Source: Eledone cirrhosa
Lineage: Eukaryota
Reading direction: 5' to 3'
Assembly (NCBI GenBank): GCA_964016885.1
Contig: OZ024744.1
Span: forward strand, 50,716,001 to 50,780,000
Length of the DNA: 64,000 bases
Of this stretch, positions 28,636 through 42,469 are shown piece by piece (positions within the stretch are counted from its first letter, which is position 1; the number at the start of each line of letters is the position of its first letter). The notes under the pieces were generated by a model. It searched no databases and had not been told where the DNA came from. It worked only from the letters and a program-made list of their open reading frames with translations. The translations under genes and the position numbers were made by a program.

Positions 28636-30037
28636 GCACACTTATACAAGTACACACATACATATTTCTGTATTTGTGTGTCTATACAGATACATGTGTG
28701 CATGTATTTATATATAGATGTGTGTGTGTGTATTTATATATATGTATACATAAATATGGGGGAGTGTGTATATATATATAAAATTTCATTATAGAAACCT
28801 ATCTGATATTTCATCTTTCTCATAATAATATATTTCGACAGCTCCTCATTTCATCTTTATTTGAAATGTCTCCAAATGTCTCACCCACAATCACACACCC
28901 TTCTCTCCCATATCACCCACAATCACACACCCCTCTCTCCTATATCACCCACAATCACACACCCCTCTCTTACCTCTCGCTCCCTCTCCCATACTTATCT
29001 CATTCTTCTTGCTTCATTCCATGCAATCTTGACTCACCAAAGTCACATATATTCTACAAAGGGACTCAAAGATCTAAAAATAATTCTCCGGGTTTTTCTT
29101 CTCCTCTCCCCCTCATCCTTCTCCTCTTCCTCCTTTGCCACATAACTATTTTTGATAAAGCAATTGGCCCTTTAGTTCTGGATATAATCAGGATATAATC
29201 AGGAGCCATATTATTTCTATGCTAAGGACTTTGCTATGTCAGCTGTAGTGGGGGAAAAGATTGAAGTGCCAGTGGGAGACCTGGAATACCAGAAAGCTAA
29301 GGGGTCTAGCCATAGGTTGATATGGCCCTGTATATCACTCCTTTATAATTTAGATGTTTGATGTTGTTGGTGGTGATGATGAGAGAGGTGGTACTGTTGT
29401 TACTATTGTTTAAAAATTGGAGGTGGTAGAGAGGCAGAAGACTGCTTCAGTGCTAAAATACCTATGTCTTGAGTTCATGTCTCACCATGGCCAATTTTCA
29501 ACCTTTATCCTAGCAGAATTGAATAAATAAGCACCAATCAAGTACTGTGTTTAATATTATTCATGTTACCCACATGCATATGATAATTTTGTGAACCTAA
29601 TATAATTGTAATTTTGCTCCCTGTGTTTTGTTTTGTTTCATTTATTAACCACACACACACACACACATTGTTGGTGTTAGGAAAGGCATCCAGTCCAGCA
29701 ACAGTAAAATCTCGGCTTAAACATGGTCCCGTTATAAACAAGGTACAGTGTGGCCAAATGGCCAGACCCTCCTCATAATGGGACCATGTAGTCCCACACT
29801 ATAAATGTTGTTGGTGTTAGGAAGTGCATGCAGCTGTAAAATAAAAAATAGTTCCACAATAGTTAATACATCATTTCCAAGAACAATTTGTTTCATCTTA
29901 AACAGATCATTAGCTCCAGTTTAAATAAGATATTTTTTTAATTTTATTTATTTTTATTTATTTTTATTTTTATTTATTTTTTTTTTTATTTTTTTTTTTG
30001 TGACATCGTTTTCCTTTTCCATATTATCTCATTTAAA

Positions 30038-30079
30038 CTGAGCTGATGATCCCTTTCAGGTGAAACAAATTGTTCTCGG
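30038..30079 (+). ncRNA. Minimal type I hammerhead motif, same family as 42261; element continues to (TA)n at 30181
   Basis: CTGAG-CTGATGA-T-CC(CTTTCA)GG-T-GAAA-CAAATTG-TT-CTCGG; downstream 100 nt aligns with 42301-42398. Confidence 0.8.
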
Positions 30080-30177
30080 AAATGGTGTATTAACTGTTGT
30101 GGAACTACTTCTACCAAACTCGTCCCATGGACTGAGTGCTCTACTACTGCGGATATTATAACCCACCAGTGTTCTAC

Positions 30178-30243
<66 letters not shown>

Positions 30244-30605
30244 TATATATACTATTATGGATTTCAGCTCAATGAAAATATTCTCTAATGACTGAACATA
30301 ATTCTGAACATATTGAAATAGGAAATTCACTGTGTGTGTGCAGTTTTAAAGTTACAGATATATATATAGAATAAGAAAATACAAAGTAGTTTCAGATGTT
30401 AAAGTCCTTTAATGATAATGCTGTGATACATATTTCAATGACGACAGTGGCCACACTGTTCGGTGTACCCAGTGCCGTGACATCATCAGACAGCTTCTTA
30501 CATAATAAGGTTATGTTTCCAAGGCAATCCAAATTGAATTGGACAATACAAATTGGGAACGGACAAAGAGTGTGCTCTTGAATTCTTCACCCGTTCCCTT
30601 ATATA

Positions 30606-30653
<48 letters not shown>

Positions 30654-30656
<3 letters not shown>

Positions 30657-30721
30657 CACCTGATGATGTCACCCCAAGATTTTACGTAACTTAGTCATTG
30701 AAATATATATATATGGTGTGT
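30654..30721 (+). ncRNA. Degenerate hammerhead motif (G at the cleavage position, predicted inactive)
   Basis: ATACAC-CTGATGA-TG...CA-TT-GAAA-TATATATATA-TG-GTGTGT directly after (TA)n. Confidence 0.5.
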
Positions 30722-31657
30722 TTGCAACAATAAAACTTTAAGGGAACTTCACCTGTCTGGCCTTCTGTCATTTTAATCAAAATAATATATATATATTATT
30801 TTGATTAAAATGACACATATATATATGCAAAAATATATGGCATATCATTTGATGATGATTGTGTGTGTATGTGCATTTGTTTGGGTATGAATCCCATTGT
30901 GTGTATATGTGAGTATGTGTTTATGCTTGTGTGTTGTAGAGTTAGTCGAAGATATATATAAATATAAAAACACAGGTGATATTTTATTATGACTGTTGAT
31001 TATCACCTTTTTTAAAAGTAATGTTTGTTATATGTGCAGTGTAAGTAAATGTCAGAGGGGGGTGGGGTAAATATTGTGTGGTATAGAGAAACAAAGAGGA
31101 GGGAATAGTATGAGGCAGAGAAAAGGAGTTGAAGAGTGAATGAGAGAGTAAAATAACAAAGATAGTAGAATGATAGAAAATGACTTTTTTTAATTACCCC
31201 CCCCCCCCCCTCCTCTCTCTCCCATTGCCACTTTATTAGTATGTTCATTGATTCATTCATTCTATATTCTCTGTTTGGTTTTATATACCATATCTCTCTC
31301 ACCCTTTCTTTTCTTGTCTTACTTTCTCTTTCCTGTCCTCCATTCACTATCACATCGAAGATGTTTGTGTTAATTACTATGTAACTGTCCATTGTATACA
31401 TATCTGTCCATTTGCAAAGGAAATACATTGTGTGCATGTGTGTGTAAATTTTATAGAGTTACAGATGGAAATATATATAAATATGCAAACACACGTGGTG
31501 TATATTGTTATTGTAGTTGATTTGAGCAAAAATTAAGATAAAAATATATGAAGTATTTTCTAAAGCCAATCTGAAGAACTGAAAATAGATAAAATGAAGG
31601 AAAGATGTGAAGTATATTTTAGACATATTTACCTTTGTTTTTATTATATCTTTCCAG

Positions 31658-31775
31658 ATATTGGCATATGTTGACCACCTACATGGAAAATGGCATTTTT
31701 CAGAAATCAGAGCAGTTTTCTCTCGGCGCTATCTGCTCCAAAATGTTGCCATCGAAATATTTACAGCCAATCGAA
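31658..31775 (+). CDS. NBEA: Neurobeachin/LRBA-family exon (PH domain): [39 protein letters not shown]
   Basis: tttccag acceptor, gtaag donor, 118 nt (phase 0 to 1); matches the neurobeachin PH motif [22 protein letters not shown]. Confidence 0.95.
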
Positions 31776-32192
31776 GTAAGAATTATATTCTCTATTATTG
31801 TTTTCTCCTCCTTTAAACCATTTTTTACTATATTTCTAATAATAAAAAAAAAAAAGACTTTTATGTTTCAATTAATTTGGAAATAATCAAGAATTTGGAA
31901 ATATTTTATAGAATTTCTTTCTCATTATTAAGTTAGTGTCTGGGAGATAACTTAACAAAGGTTCTTGCATATAATTATGAAGGAGGGTTTTTAGATAAAT
32001 ATAAACACTTTAAACATTTCATTATCATATTTCTAATGGTTATGATTTAGAAATAATGTTTTTAATAAATCAAGAATTTGGAGGATTTTACTAATATAAC
32101 TAACCTTCTCTTTATTAAGTTGGTGTTTGGAACATAACTTAACAGAGGTTCTGACATAAAATAATGATGGAAGGCTTTTAGATAAATATACA

Positions 32193-32622
32193 CTTGTCTG
32201 CGAAGTGCTATGTTGCACGTCTCTGAAACATGGGAGGTGACTGCTGAAGATATGCACAGGCTAGATAGAAATCAAGCAAGCATGTTTTGATGGATGTGTA
32301 ATGTTAATGTAAGAGAACGACAGAGCATAGAGGAACTGAGAGAAAAGCTAAGTATATGAGGAATTAGAAGTAGTGTGCAAGAGGGAAGACTGGCTTGGTA
32401 TGGACATGTGATGCGCATGGATGGTGATCATTGGATGAAGAAGTACCAAGAAATCCAGTGGAAAGAAGACCTGGGCAGAGGTGGTGAAAGCTGATCTCAA
32501 ATTGCTGAAAACTCATAGAGAAAATGACGAAGGAACACAGTGAGTGGAGAGATGCTGTGCTGAATAGGACTCATACAACCCATGCAAGTGTGGAAAAATT
32601 GACATAAAAATGATGATGATGA
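32193..32622 (+). mobile_element. Decayed RTE-type LINE 3' end
   Basis: SETWEVTAEDMHRLDRNQASMF..WYGHVMRM..GKKTW; (GAT)n tail; smaller relic at about 41090-41345. Confidence 0.8.
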
Positions 32623-34911
32623 TATATTTTGAAACAAACAGTTTTATATCATAGAACCACAGGTGTTTTCAAGGAGTTTGGTGTTAAAAGATTTATATAT
32701 ATATAAAATGTACAACTGCTGTAGAACCCATGCCAAAAGAGTCAAGAGAAGCTTTTAGGAATGTCAGGGGCATGACAACCTTTATAGTCTTGGTGATTTA
32801 TACAATAAACATACTCAGTTCACTCTGTAAAGTGATTGGTAACAGGAAGAACATGCAACTGTAGAAAACCTGCCAAACAAAGGGTTGGAAGGACACATCA
32901 GCTGTGTCAAAGATATATCAACTTTCCTAGTGTTAATGCCATGATAAAATGCACTCAGTAGAGCACAAGATTTTATGTCAGAGCCCTAACTCTCTTGGAA
33001 GTTAGAGGCTCTGTTTGCGTATTGACTGGGTCGTGATGACACATTCAAACAGATATTAAACAATAATGATATATGTATATATATATATGTGTGTGTGTGA
33101 ACTCTATTTTTTAATAGAAATATATGAACATGAAAGATTTTTTATAAAATGAAGGATTAGAATAATGGACAGAAAGAAAGAAAAGAGATTGGAGAAGAAA
33201 ATTAAGTAATGAATGTTGGTGGTATATCTCAGCTATGCCCTGTGGACAAGATGGTGAAAGCAATGTTTGCAAAGAACAGCCTGCATGAGTTAGTTTTACA
33301 GAGGAAAATGGGAGTTCGAGGACCAAACACACAAAAGATTTTGATGGCAACTGGCACAAAAAAGAAGCAGTCAGTGAAGTCCTGGTATTTGGCTGTCTTC
33401 TTCTCTGCATTATGTGTTTGTGGCAAAAGCAACAAAGCTGCAGGCGGACAACATGTTGTAGCATGTGGTATATCAGATTAGAGATTTACCACCATCAAAT
33501 GGGGGAAAGCGTTATCCCATCTGGGCACCTACTGTTATATATTTATTATGACTGGCAGAGCTGAGTTCCTTATATGCACCTCTGTCCACTTTTTTCCATC
33601 TCCACAGAAGTACTTTACCCAATTCGTAGTGATTGACTATTGTTAGCACAGGTAGTATCAGGTGAGTTAACATTAAAAGGGTCAAAATATATATATTTTT
33701 TTGTTTTGTTTTTTATCAGCTGTTATCACAGGCATCATAAACAGTGTCAATTTGACATTTGAAGGGATGTGTGTGCACACACACACGATGGGCTCAAGCA
33801 TGGTTTCCATCTACCAAATTCATTCCCAAAGCATTGGTTGACTTGAGGCTATAGTGGAAGACACTTGCACTGTTTATTGGAATAAGGGATAGAACTTATG
33901 AACAAAAAAGGCTGCAAAGTAAACTTCTTAACCACACAGCCATGTCTCCATTTATGTATGTTTATGTTTGTGTTTGTATTGATTTCTGTGTGCATATGCG
34001 TGTGTGTACATATGAATGTGTGTGTGTGTGTATATATATATAGGTAGATAGTTATGTATATATATATATATAGGTAGATAGTTATGTATATATATACAGA
34101 TAGATAGTTTTATCTGTGTGTATATATATATATATAGAGAGAGAGATAGATAGTTTTATGTGTGTATATATATATATATATACAGGTAGATACATGTATC
34201 AATATTCTGGTCAATTAAGATAGGACTTATAACCCTATTAGTCCTTCGAACAAAGCAAAATTTGTTTTTGTTGAGTATTCAAAAATTACAGAGTCAGATA
34301 TATATAATGTTGAACAATATGGCAAGGTTTAGAATTTAGTTAATCCATTGTTTTACAATCATTTCAATGGGCAAAATATACTAAGATATTATCAATATAT
34401 ATAGTAATCTATAGCAGTTAAACAACACTATAGTATTAGTTAAAAACACTTCCATTTTGCCTTTCATCCTTGGAAACAATGATTCAGGAAATTTTATTGA
34501 AACATCATCATCATCATCGTCGTTTAACGTCTATCTTCCACGCTAACAATCTTATATATAACAAAAGGAGGAGTGCGGGACTGGGTCATGTTTATTTCTT
34601 TTAATCCAGTTAGTAAAATAAGTTGGATTACTTTGAATAAATAATGAATGAATATTACATAATTTATCTACTAAATTTCGTAGCTCTTGATTAAACATAA
34701 ATAATCTTATGTACAATGTATTGCTTATTTCAAGATTCACTTCAGTTAATAGTTTCAAATTTCAACACTTCTGTTAAAGCGCCACCACCACGTCAACCAC
34801 CATATATATATAGACAGAGTGAGAAAGAAAGAGAGAGAGAGATTGTGTGTGTGAAGAGGGAGATTCAGATGGAGTGACAATGTGATATATATATATATAT
34901 ATAAATGTATA

Positions 34912-35745
34912 TATAATAGTAATATACGTGAACGGCAAAGCACAAACGAACTAAGGGAAAAATTAGGAATAAGAGGGATCAGATGTTGTTTACTCGAGAG
35001 AAGACTACGTTGGTACGGTCACGTGATGTGCATGAAAGACGACAGCTGTATAAAAAAGTGCAGGGCAATAAAAATAGACGGTAGCCACGGAGTAGGCAGA
35101 CCCAGAAAAACCTGGGACGACTTGATAAATTCCGACCTCACACACTAACAGCTCTCCAAGACAATGTCACTGGACCAAGATCTTTGGCGCTACACAGTAA
35201 TACAGAAGACCTGCCTTACCTAAGTACAAAGTGAAACCTACTACAGTCAGTAGGCACCTCTAACAAAATACACCCCATCCCACTACCCCCACCCCATCCA
35301 CACCACCCCTTCAATGAAAAGTTATGTTTGTGTCACAACATCCAGCCCGAAACAAATGAGGTCGTGTAGGTGTCACGACAAAAAAAACACACAGTCCACG
35401 CTGTAATATGGCTGTGTAGGTAACACGGTAAAAACCTCCCAGTTCACACTGTAAACGTGGTTGGTGTTGGGAAAGGCACCCAGCCATAGAAAACCTGCCA
35501 GACATGTAGGGGTCACGACAAAAAAACACACAGTCCACGCTGTAATGTGGCAGTGTAGGTAACACGGTAAAAACCTCCCAGTCCACACTGTAAACGTGGT
35601 TGGTGTTAGGAAGGGCATCCAGCCATAGAAAACCCGCCAGACAGTCCTATGCGAGCAAGACAACCACTCTTGCCTCAAGTGGGAAAATTCCCGTCCAAAC
35701 CCATGCAAGCGTGGAAGATGGACGTTAAACGATGATGATGATGAT
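34912..35745 (+). mobile_element. 5'-truncated RTE-type LINE, same family as 59934, with tandem duplication in the 3' UTR
   Basis: [12 protein letters not shown]...GRPRKTW; near-identical to 59975-60680; about 140-bp unit repeated within 35365-35640. Confidence 0.9.
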
Positions 35746-36229
35746 ATATATATATATAGAGAGAGAGAGAGATGGAGAGGTTAGGATTTTTTTTTAACAC
35801 TCTGATGCATATGTATGTGGATATACATACATTTATATGTATGTATATATAACTATATCGCGCAAACACAGACACACTTATAAAAATACACACTCACAGA
35901 CATACATTCACACAAATACACATACTTTCACACAAACACATACATACATGCATTTACACAAACATACATTTACATACAATATGATAGCATTCGATAAATT
36001 TGGAAATGGGAGGGTAAAATGAAGTATAACTTTTTATTTATTTATTCTTAACAACAAAGTTTAATTATTTAAAAAAAAATTCATTTGTTGTTACAGTTTT
36101 ATTCACTGTTGTATAAAAATATAATTTCTACTTTTGGCACAAGGCCAGCAATTACCCCAGTGCATTACTGGTGCTTTATTTTATCGACCCCATAAGGATG
36201 AAAGGCAAAGTTAACCTCACCAGGATAAA

Positions 36230-36952
36230 AAATATAATAATATAATGCTTAGAGAACAAAAACAAAAAAAACACAAACAAATATAATATATACAAAGGAA
36301 AAGGAAAATAAAAACAACAAGAGAAAAAAGCACAAGCAGGTACACTCATCTAGGACCACATACAACACACCAGCAGGTAATATATACATCTAGGACCACA
36401 TACGACACATAAGCAAGAAATACACAAATGAAGGACTACATTCAACAAAAGGCTGGTGAAAGAGGTGGACAAACAAGTCGTTACCAGAGCAAAAGATAAC
36501 AATATAGCGAGGAGCTCTTGGAAACCTTTCGGCACGCTCACAGCGTTACCTGGGGTGATGGTAAGGCTGAAGTGCTGGAACAGCCAAGTGCCCTCACAAG
36601 CATCACCCGTTACCTCTGTTAAGTTAGCTGCCAGTGAAGGTAAGAATCTCAGTCAGTAGTCCGCTCCCCCAAATGTCTCAAACGCCACAGGCTGGATAAT
36701 GTAGTTAACTGACAGAACACAGTATTTTAGGATTTTGTTCCGTTCAGCTGCGGATGCTGTAGCTCTCGCCCTTACCGCTGCATCCAGAATGTGGGAAGAA
36801 GCAAAAGAGTCACTAACTGTGACGTCCCAGGTAAGGCACCTGCCTCTTGACCAGGAGCATAGAGTAAGACCGTCAAGTCTTTTCCCATCAATTCTGGACA
36901 ACCCAGACGGTTCCAAAATTGAGGGGATTTTTGCCCGGCCCAAAGCTCTTGA
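36230..36952 (-). mobile_element. CRE-type non-LTR retrotransposon 3' end (restriction-like endonuclease domain)
   Basis: PSILEPSGLSRIDGKRLDGLTLCSWSRGRCLTWDVTVSDSF...AAERNKILKY...PVAFETFG. Confidence 0.8.
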
Positions 36953-37114
36953 GTAGTAATAGGACTGCGTGTATGTGCGCGCGTGAGTTTGTCAGTGTTC
37001 TTAAATTAGAGACACGTGTGTGTGGGTCACTGTTTTTAAGTTAGACATAAAAGTGTGTATCCCTTTCCTTCCTTTTACACACACATACATTCACACAAAC
37101 ACACATACACATTG

Positions 37115-37785
37115 TGTGATGGACGGGTGGACAGAAGTCCCTCAAATTTATATACATGTGCATGGAGTTCTACTGAAGCAGTTAGAGAAGTTCAAGTATC
37201 TTGGAGCCATGTTCATGTGTGATGGAAGGCTGAATTAAGTGAATGAATTTTAAAAGCTGGTGCAATAATGCGCCAGCTTCAGTAATCAGAAGAATGGAGG
37301 TATGTGATAAGCCAAACTTGCTGTATTCCTGGTATTCCTGCCAACCCTTACCGAGGATCATGAATCTTGAGTAATGACCAAAAGAATACAATTGCAAATA
37401 AAAATGGCAGAAATGGGATTCTTCCCAAGGGTCTTTGGAATAATATTACTCGATAAAGTGCATAGCTCAGAGACCAGAGAGTTACTCCTGGTAGAGCCCC
37501 TACTTCTCTGGATTGAGCGATCACTACTCTGATATTATGAGGATGTGGTTAGAATGTCTCAGTAAAGAATCGTTGGACAGATTTTACAGGCAAAACCAAC
37601 CGGCAAGAGACCCAGAGGTAGACCCTGAGCAAGACAGTTGGATAACATCCATGAGCTTGGCTTGTCCCTCTTTGGGATCCAGCTGGATCAGTTAGAAATG
37701 TTTGCTACTGACAGACTCACTGGAAGGGGTGTTTGAGAAGGACTCTTCCCCCATGACCCTCTCAGAAATAAGTGGGTGAAGATGA
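37115..37785 (+). mobile_element. Decayed LINE (RTE-like) C-terminal region and 3' end
   Basis: LKQLEKFKYLG; AKPTGKRPRGRP; ends gggtgaagatgat; similar terminus at 20549-20625. Confidence 0.8.
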
Positions 37786-38183
37786 TATTGTCATTTACTT
37801 TTTAATTTACATATATCTATATGCATATATATTTGCATATAATACCAATATGTACACTACATATGCTAGGAGAAAAACTGCCCTTCAAGCGGTTCTTCTA
37901 CTAGTCATAAAATAATGGATTAATTACTAAACCTTGTCTTATTTGTTTTCATTGTTCAACTTTATATATATGTATATGTATATATGAGAGAGGGGGAGAG
38001 AGAGAGAGAGAGAGAGATGTGTGTAGAACCAGAGTCAGAAACTCACAGATGTATATGGCATGTATAAAAAGATATATACATGATGTACATATGTGTCACC
38101 TCATACAAAATTTCTATTTGCTTTCTCTCTCTCTCTTTCTCTCTCTCCATATATGTATCTTTTGCTTTCTCACTTTCTCTTTC

Positions 38184-38274
<91 letters not shown>

Positions 38275-38539
38275 ATTGTTTTATCTCTCTCTATCTCTAT
38301 ATCTCTGTCTCTTTCATTAACATTGTGGACAGATGGTGAAAGTTACCGCAATAGTTACAATGAAGAAAAACAAAATTAAAACTAAAAATATTGACATTGC
38401 CAAACTTCCCCTTCCATCCTTATTTGTGAGGTGGGAGGAGGGTTGGTAGATAGATATACTCCCTTATTTCTTACCTGTATTGGGGCGAGTTTTAGGAAGA
38501 ATAAGGATAAATGCATCTGTAATGCAGTTTGGACAATAT

Positions 38540-39000
38540 GGGAGATATAGACTGAGAGACAAACAGACAGACAGTCAGATAGATAGACTGAGAGACAAAC
38601 AGACAGACAGACAGGCAGATAGATAGACTGATAGACAAACAGACAGTCAGATAGATAGACTGATAGACAAACAGACAGACAGGCAGATAGATAGACTGAG
38701 AGACAGACAGGCAGGCAGATATGTAGACTGACAGACAGACAGGCAGGCAGATATGTAGACTGACAGACAGACAGGCAGGCAGATATGTAGACTGACAGAC
38801 AGACAGGCAGGCAGATATGTAGACTGAGAGACAGGCAGGCAGGCAGATAGATAGACTGATAGACAGACAGGCAGGCAGTCAGATAGATAGACTGATAGAT
38901 AGTTTGACAGCTAGTTGGATGGATAGATTGACAGACAGACAGGTAGATAGACAGGCAACAGACAGATTGATAGATTGGTAATGAGAGATATAGAGATGGA
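38540..39000. repeat. Compound GACA/GATA/GGCA tetranucleotide repeat
   Basis: Direct inspection. Confidence 0.9.
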
Positions 39001-40040
39001 TAGGTAAGTAGAGAGATAGATAAATAAAGATGGGAAAGATTGGGTTGGAGAGAGAGGGAGAGAATGGAATAAAAGGATGCAGGGTGTTGATGCAACAGAA
39101 ATGTGATGCAGGTATAGTGAAACACAAGAATTGGTAACGCCTACCATTTTGTTAGTTTCTATGTCTGTCTGTATGATGCAGGGAAATTATAACATGGCCA
39201 ACACTAGCGCCATATTACCAGCATAATAAAACACACATTCTATATTGGAACAATATAATTTTAATCACCTTAGAGGCAAGGGAAAACAGCCATACAATGA
39301 CAGTGGTGGTGGTGAGGGAGACAGTGGTGGTGGTGGTGGTGGTGGTGGTGGTGGTGGTGGTGAGGATGACAGTGATGGTGTTGGTGAGGGTGACAGTGGT
39401 GGTGGTGAGGGTGAGGGTGGTGTTAGTGAGGATGACAATGATGGTGTTGGTGAGGGTGACAGTGATGATGATGGTGGTGGTGCTGATGATAGGGAAGTGA
39501 TGTTATTGAAAGTTGTGGTGATGTTATTGGTGGTGGCAGTGGGTGTAGTGATGGGGTTGGTGATGTTATTGGAGGTGGTGGTGTTAATGACATACACCAA
39601 GAGGTGCTGTAGCAATATGTTTTTACAATGTTCTTCTCCCTGTTATATGCAGATTTGTCCCTTTCTTGCATTCCTTATTTTAGTTATTCATTTTTTGCTT
39701 ACTTCTGTTATTCTTTCTTACCTTCATTTTTTCTTTCTGTTTCATTGAGTGTTTTTTTTAGATATTTTCCTCCTTTTTTTTCGTTATTATTGTTATTATT
39801 ATTATTATGTATAAACAAGGGTATATTCCTTTATATATGTTTCAAATGTGATAAATATATATAAACAAGGGTATATTCCCTTACATATGTTTCAAATGAA
39901 ATATGATTTCCAATCATTCAAAATGTTGGTAAAAATATTTTTCTTGTTGTCATGTCCATCTATAAATTTAGATATATGACTATTTTCCTTTGAGAATCGC
40001 TAGCATATTTCTACTTTGATATATATATATATATATATAT

Positions 40041-40376
40041 CATCATCATCATCATCATCAACGTTTAACGTCCGTGTTCCACGCTTGCATGGGTTTGGAC
40101 GGGGGTTTTCCCACTTGAGGCAAGAGTGATTGCCTTGCTCGCATAGGACTGTCTGGCTGGTTTTCTACAGTTGGATGTCCTTCCTAACACCAACCACATT
40201 TACAGTGTGGGTCTGGGAGGTTTTTACCGTGTTGCCTACACGGCCACATTACAGCGTGGACTGTGTGTTTTTTTGTCGTGACACCTACACGATCTCATTT
40301 GTTTCGGCCTGGATGGTGTGGCACCAACATAACTTTACATAGAAGGGGGCGGTGTGGATGGGGTGGGGATGGTGGG

Positions 40377-40378
<2 letters not shown>
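40041..40378 (-). mobile_element. 3' UTR-only copy of the same RTE-type LINE
   Basis: Reverse complement of about 60340-60670 with (CAT)n tail; flanked by (TA)n. Confidence 0.88.
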
Positions 40379-40409
<31 letters not shown>

Positions 40410-40412
<3 letters not shown>

Positions 40413-40515
40413 TGTCCCCCCCCCCTAAATGTATAAACACTTTAATTACCTGTACAGGCAATATTTATTAGAATGCTGTTGAATTGTGGATACATTTTTT
40501 TGGGGGGACAACCTG
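40410..40515. mobile_element. Tc1/mariner-type MITE
   Basis: TIRs cagtgtccccc..aaatgtat / atacatttt..ggggacaacctg followed by TA. Confidence 0.65.
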
Positions 40516-41528
40516 TATATATATATAATCATCACTGTTTTACGTTCATTCTTCCATGCTAGCATGGGTTAGATGGGTTGTCCTGTTGTGGGCAATGCCA
40601 GGTCAGGTGACTATGTCTTGCTCATATGGAACTGATTCTGGCTTGATTTCTACAGCTGGATGCCCTTCCTAACACCAACCTCATTTAAATGAGTACTGGG
40701 TGCTTTTTAACCATGGTGCCTACACGACATATATATATATATATAAAGTGCAGGCATTGATTTGTGGTTAAAGAGTTTTCACCTCACAACCATGTAGTTT
40801 TGGGTTCAGTCTCACTGTGTTTTGTTTGATACATTAGTCAAGTGTCTTCTACTGTAGCCTTGAAAGTCACTCAATGCTTTGTGAGTAGAATTTGGTAGGA
40901 GTGCTGAAACTGGGCATATATTCTTGTGTGTGTGTGTGTGTATGTTTATGTCCCATAACTTAGCAGTTCAACAAAAAGAGGTTGATAAAATAAATACAAG
41001 TACTGGGGCTAACATAATAGATTAAATTAAGACAACACTCCTGCATAACTGCAGTCTAATGACTGAAAACAGTAAAAGTGGGATACTGTATGATAGTGAA
41101 ACATGGGTAGTGACTGGGAGGACATATGTAGACTGGAGAGAAATGAAGCAGCCATACTTTATAAGATGTACAGTGTAAATGTGAGAGGAAGGCAGAGCTT
41201 GGATGAACTGAGGGAGAAGCTGGGTTTAAAGACTCTGAAGTAGTGTGCACGAGAGAAGACTGTGTGGTCCGTGATGAGTGGAGAGATGCTGTGCTTAAAA
41301 GGACCCATCCAACCCATGCAAGCATGAAAAAACAGATGTAATAATGAAAATATGTATTAAGAAGTGTGGTAGCAACCAAAATGTATGATAAAGTTATATC
41401 TGTATACATACAGAACAGGTATAACTATACTACACCAATGTGTTTATAAATATACACATATTTAATATGTAGGTATGTAAACATGCCAGAAAATACGAAT
41501 TTCCTTGTAAATTGAAAAGAAATGATAA

Positions 41529-41578
41529 ACACCTTTAACCGATTTTCGGACCTAATTGGACCCTCATCAGAAAGGTGT
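41529..41578 (-). ncRNA. Type I hammerhead motif
   Basis: Reverse complement reads ACACCTTT-CTGATGA-GGGTCC(AATTA)GGTCC-GAAA-ATCGG-TT-AAAGGTGT; 8-bp stem I. Confidence 0.8.
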
Positions 41579-42260
41579 GTATATCATCCAAACAATCACA
41601 AAGAAACATGTATTTGATGGGTTTATGTACCAATTCACTCTTAGTATTATTCTGAAATGCGAATGTTAATTTGCATATAATTATTGTAATGTTGGTAATT
41701 AATTAAAATATATATTAAGAACTGCAATTGCAACCAAAGTGTACAATAAAGTTATATTTGTATACATACAGAATGGGTAACCGAGACTACACAAATGTCT
41801 GTGTGTGTGTATATATATGTGTATTTATCTATGTATGTGTATGTGTGTATATATGTGTATTTATCTATGTATGTGTATGTGTGTATGTATTTATGTATGT
41901 ATATATATATATATGTGTATATTTATATACATGTGTGTATTTATATATGTATGTATATGTGTGTATATATATATATGAGTGTGTGTGTGTGTGTGTATAT
42001 ATATATGTGTCTGTGTGTGTGTGTGTGTTTATGTATATTTGATCGTTCCTCTAGCTGCTCGGCAGTGAGACATATGGAATTAAATATGTATATGATGCAA
42101 CACTGATTCTTTGTTCCCTAATTATTATTATTATCATATATATATATATATATATATAGAAGTGGTTACACAACAGTTAGTTCACCATACCGAGAACAAT
42201 TGTTTCACCTTAGCGGATCTTCAGCTCGCGATGTGTATGGTTATAGGAACCATACACATC

Positions 42261-42300
42261 CCGAGCTGAAGATCCGCTAAGGTGAAACAATTGTTCTCGG
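42261..42300 (+). ncRNA. Minimal type I hammerhead ribozyme motif (mirror copy on - strand at 42190-42229)
   Basis: CCGAG-CTGAAGA-T-CC(GCTAA)GG-T-GAAA-CAATTG-TT-CTCGG: stem I, core, stem II, palindromic stem III. Confidence 0.85.
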
Positions 42301-42394
42301 TATGGTGAACTAACTGTTGTGTAACCACTTCTACCTAACTCGTCCCTTGGACTGAGTGCTCTACCACTACGGATATTACCTTCCAGTGTTCCAC

Positions 42395-42469
<75 letters not shown>

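Noticed and set aside
30396-30581. ORF after ttcag as the missing upstream neurobeachin exon
   Set aside because: No resemblance to the expected N-terminal PH segment that I can recognise
33209-33481. 90-aa ORF as an exon or piggyBac transposase relic
   Set aside because: Only faint resemblance (WYLAVFF) and no splice or frame fit with neurobeachin; cannot be supported
39245-39748. Gly/Asp-rich or Pro/Ser-rich ORFs
   Set aside because: Degenerate (GGT)n trinucleotide repeat within an intron
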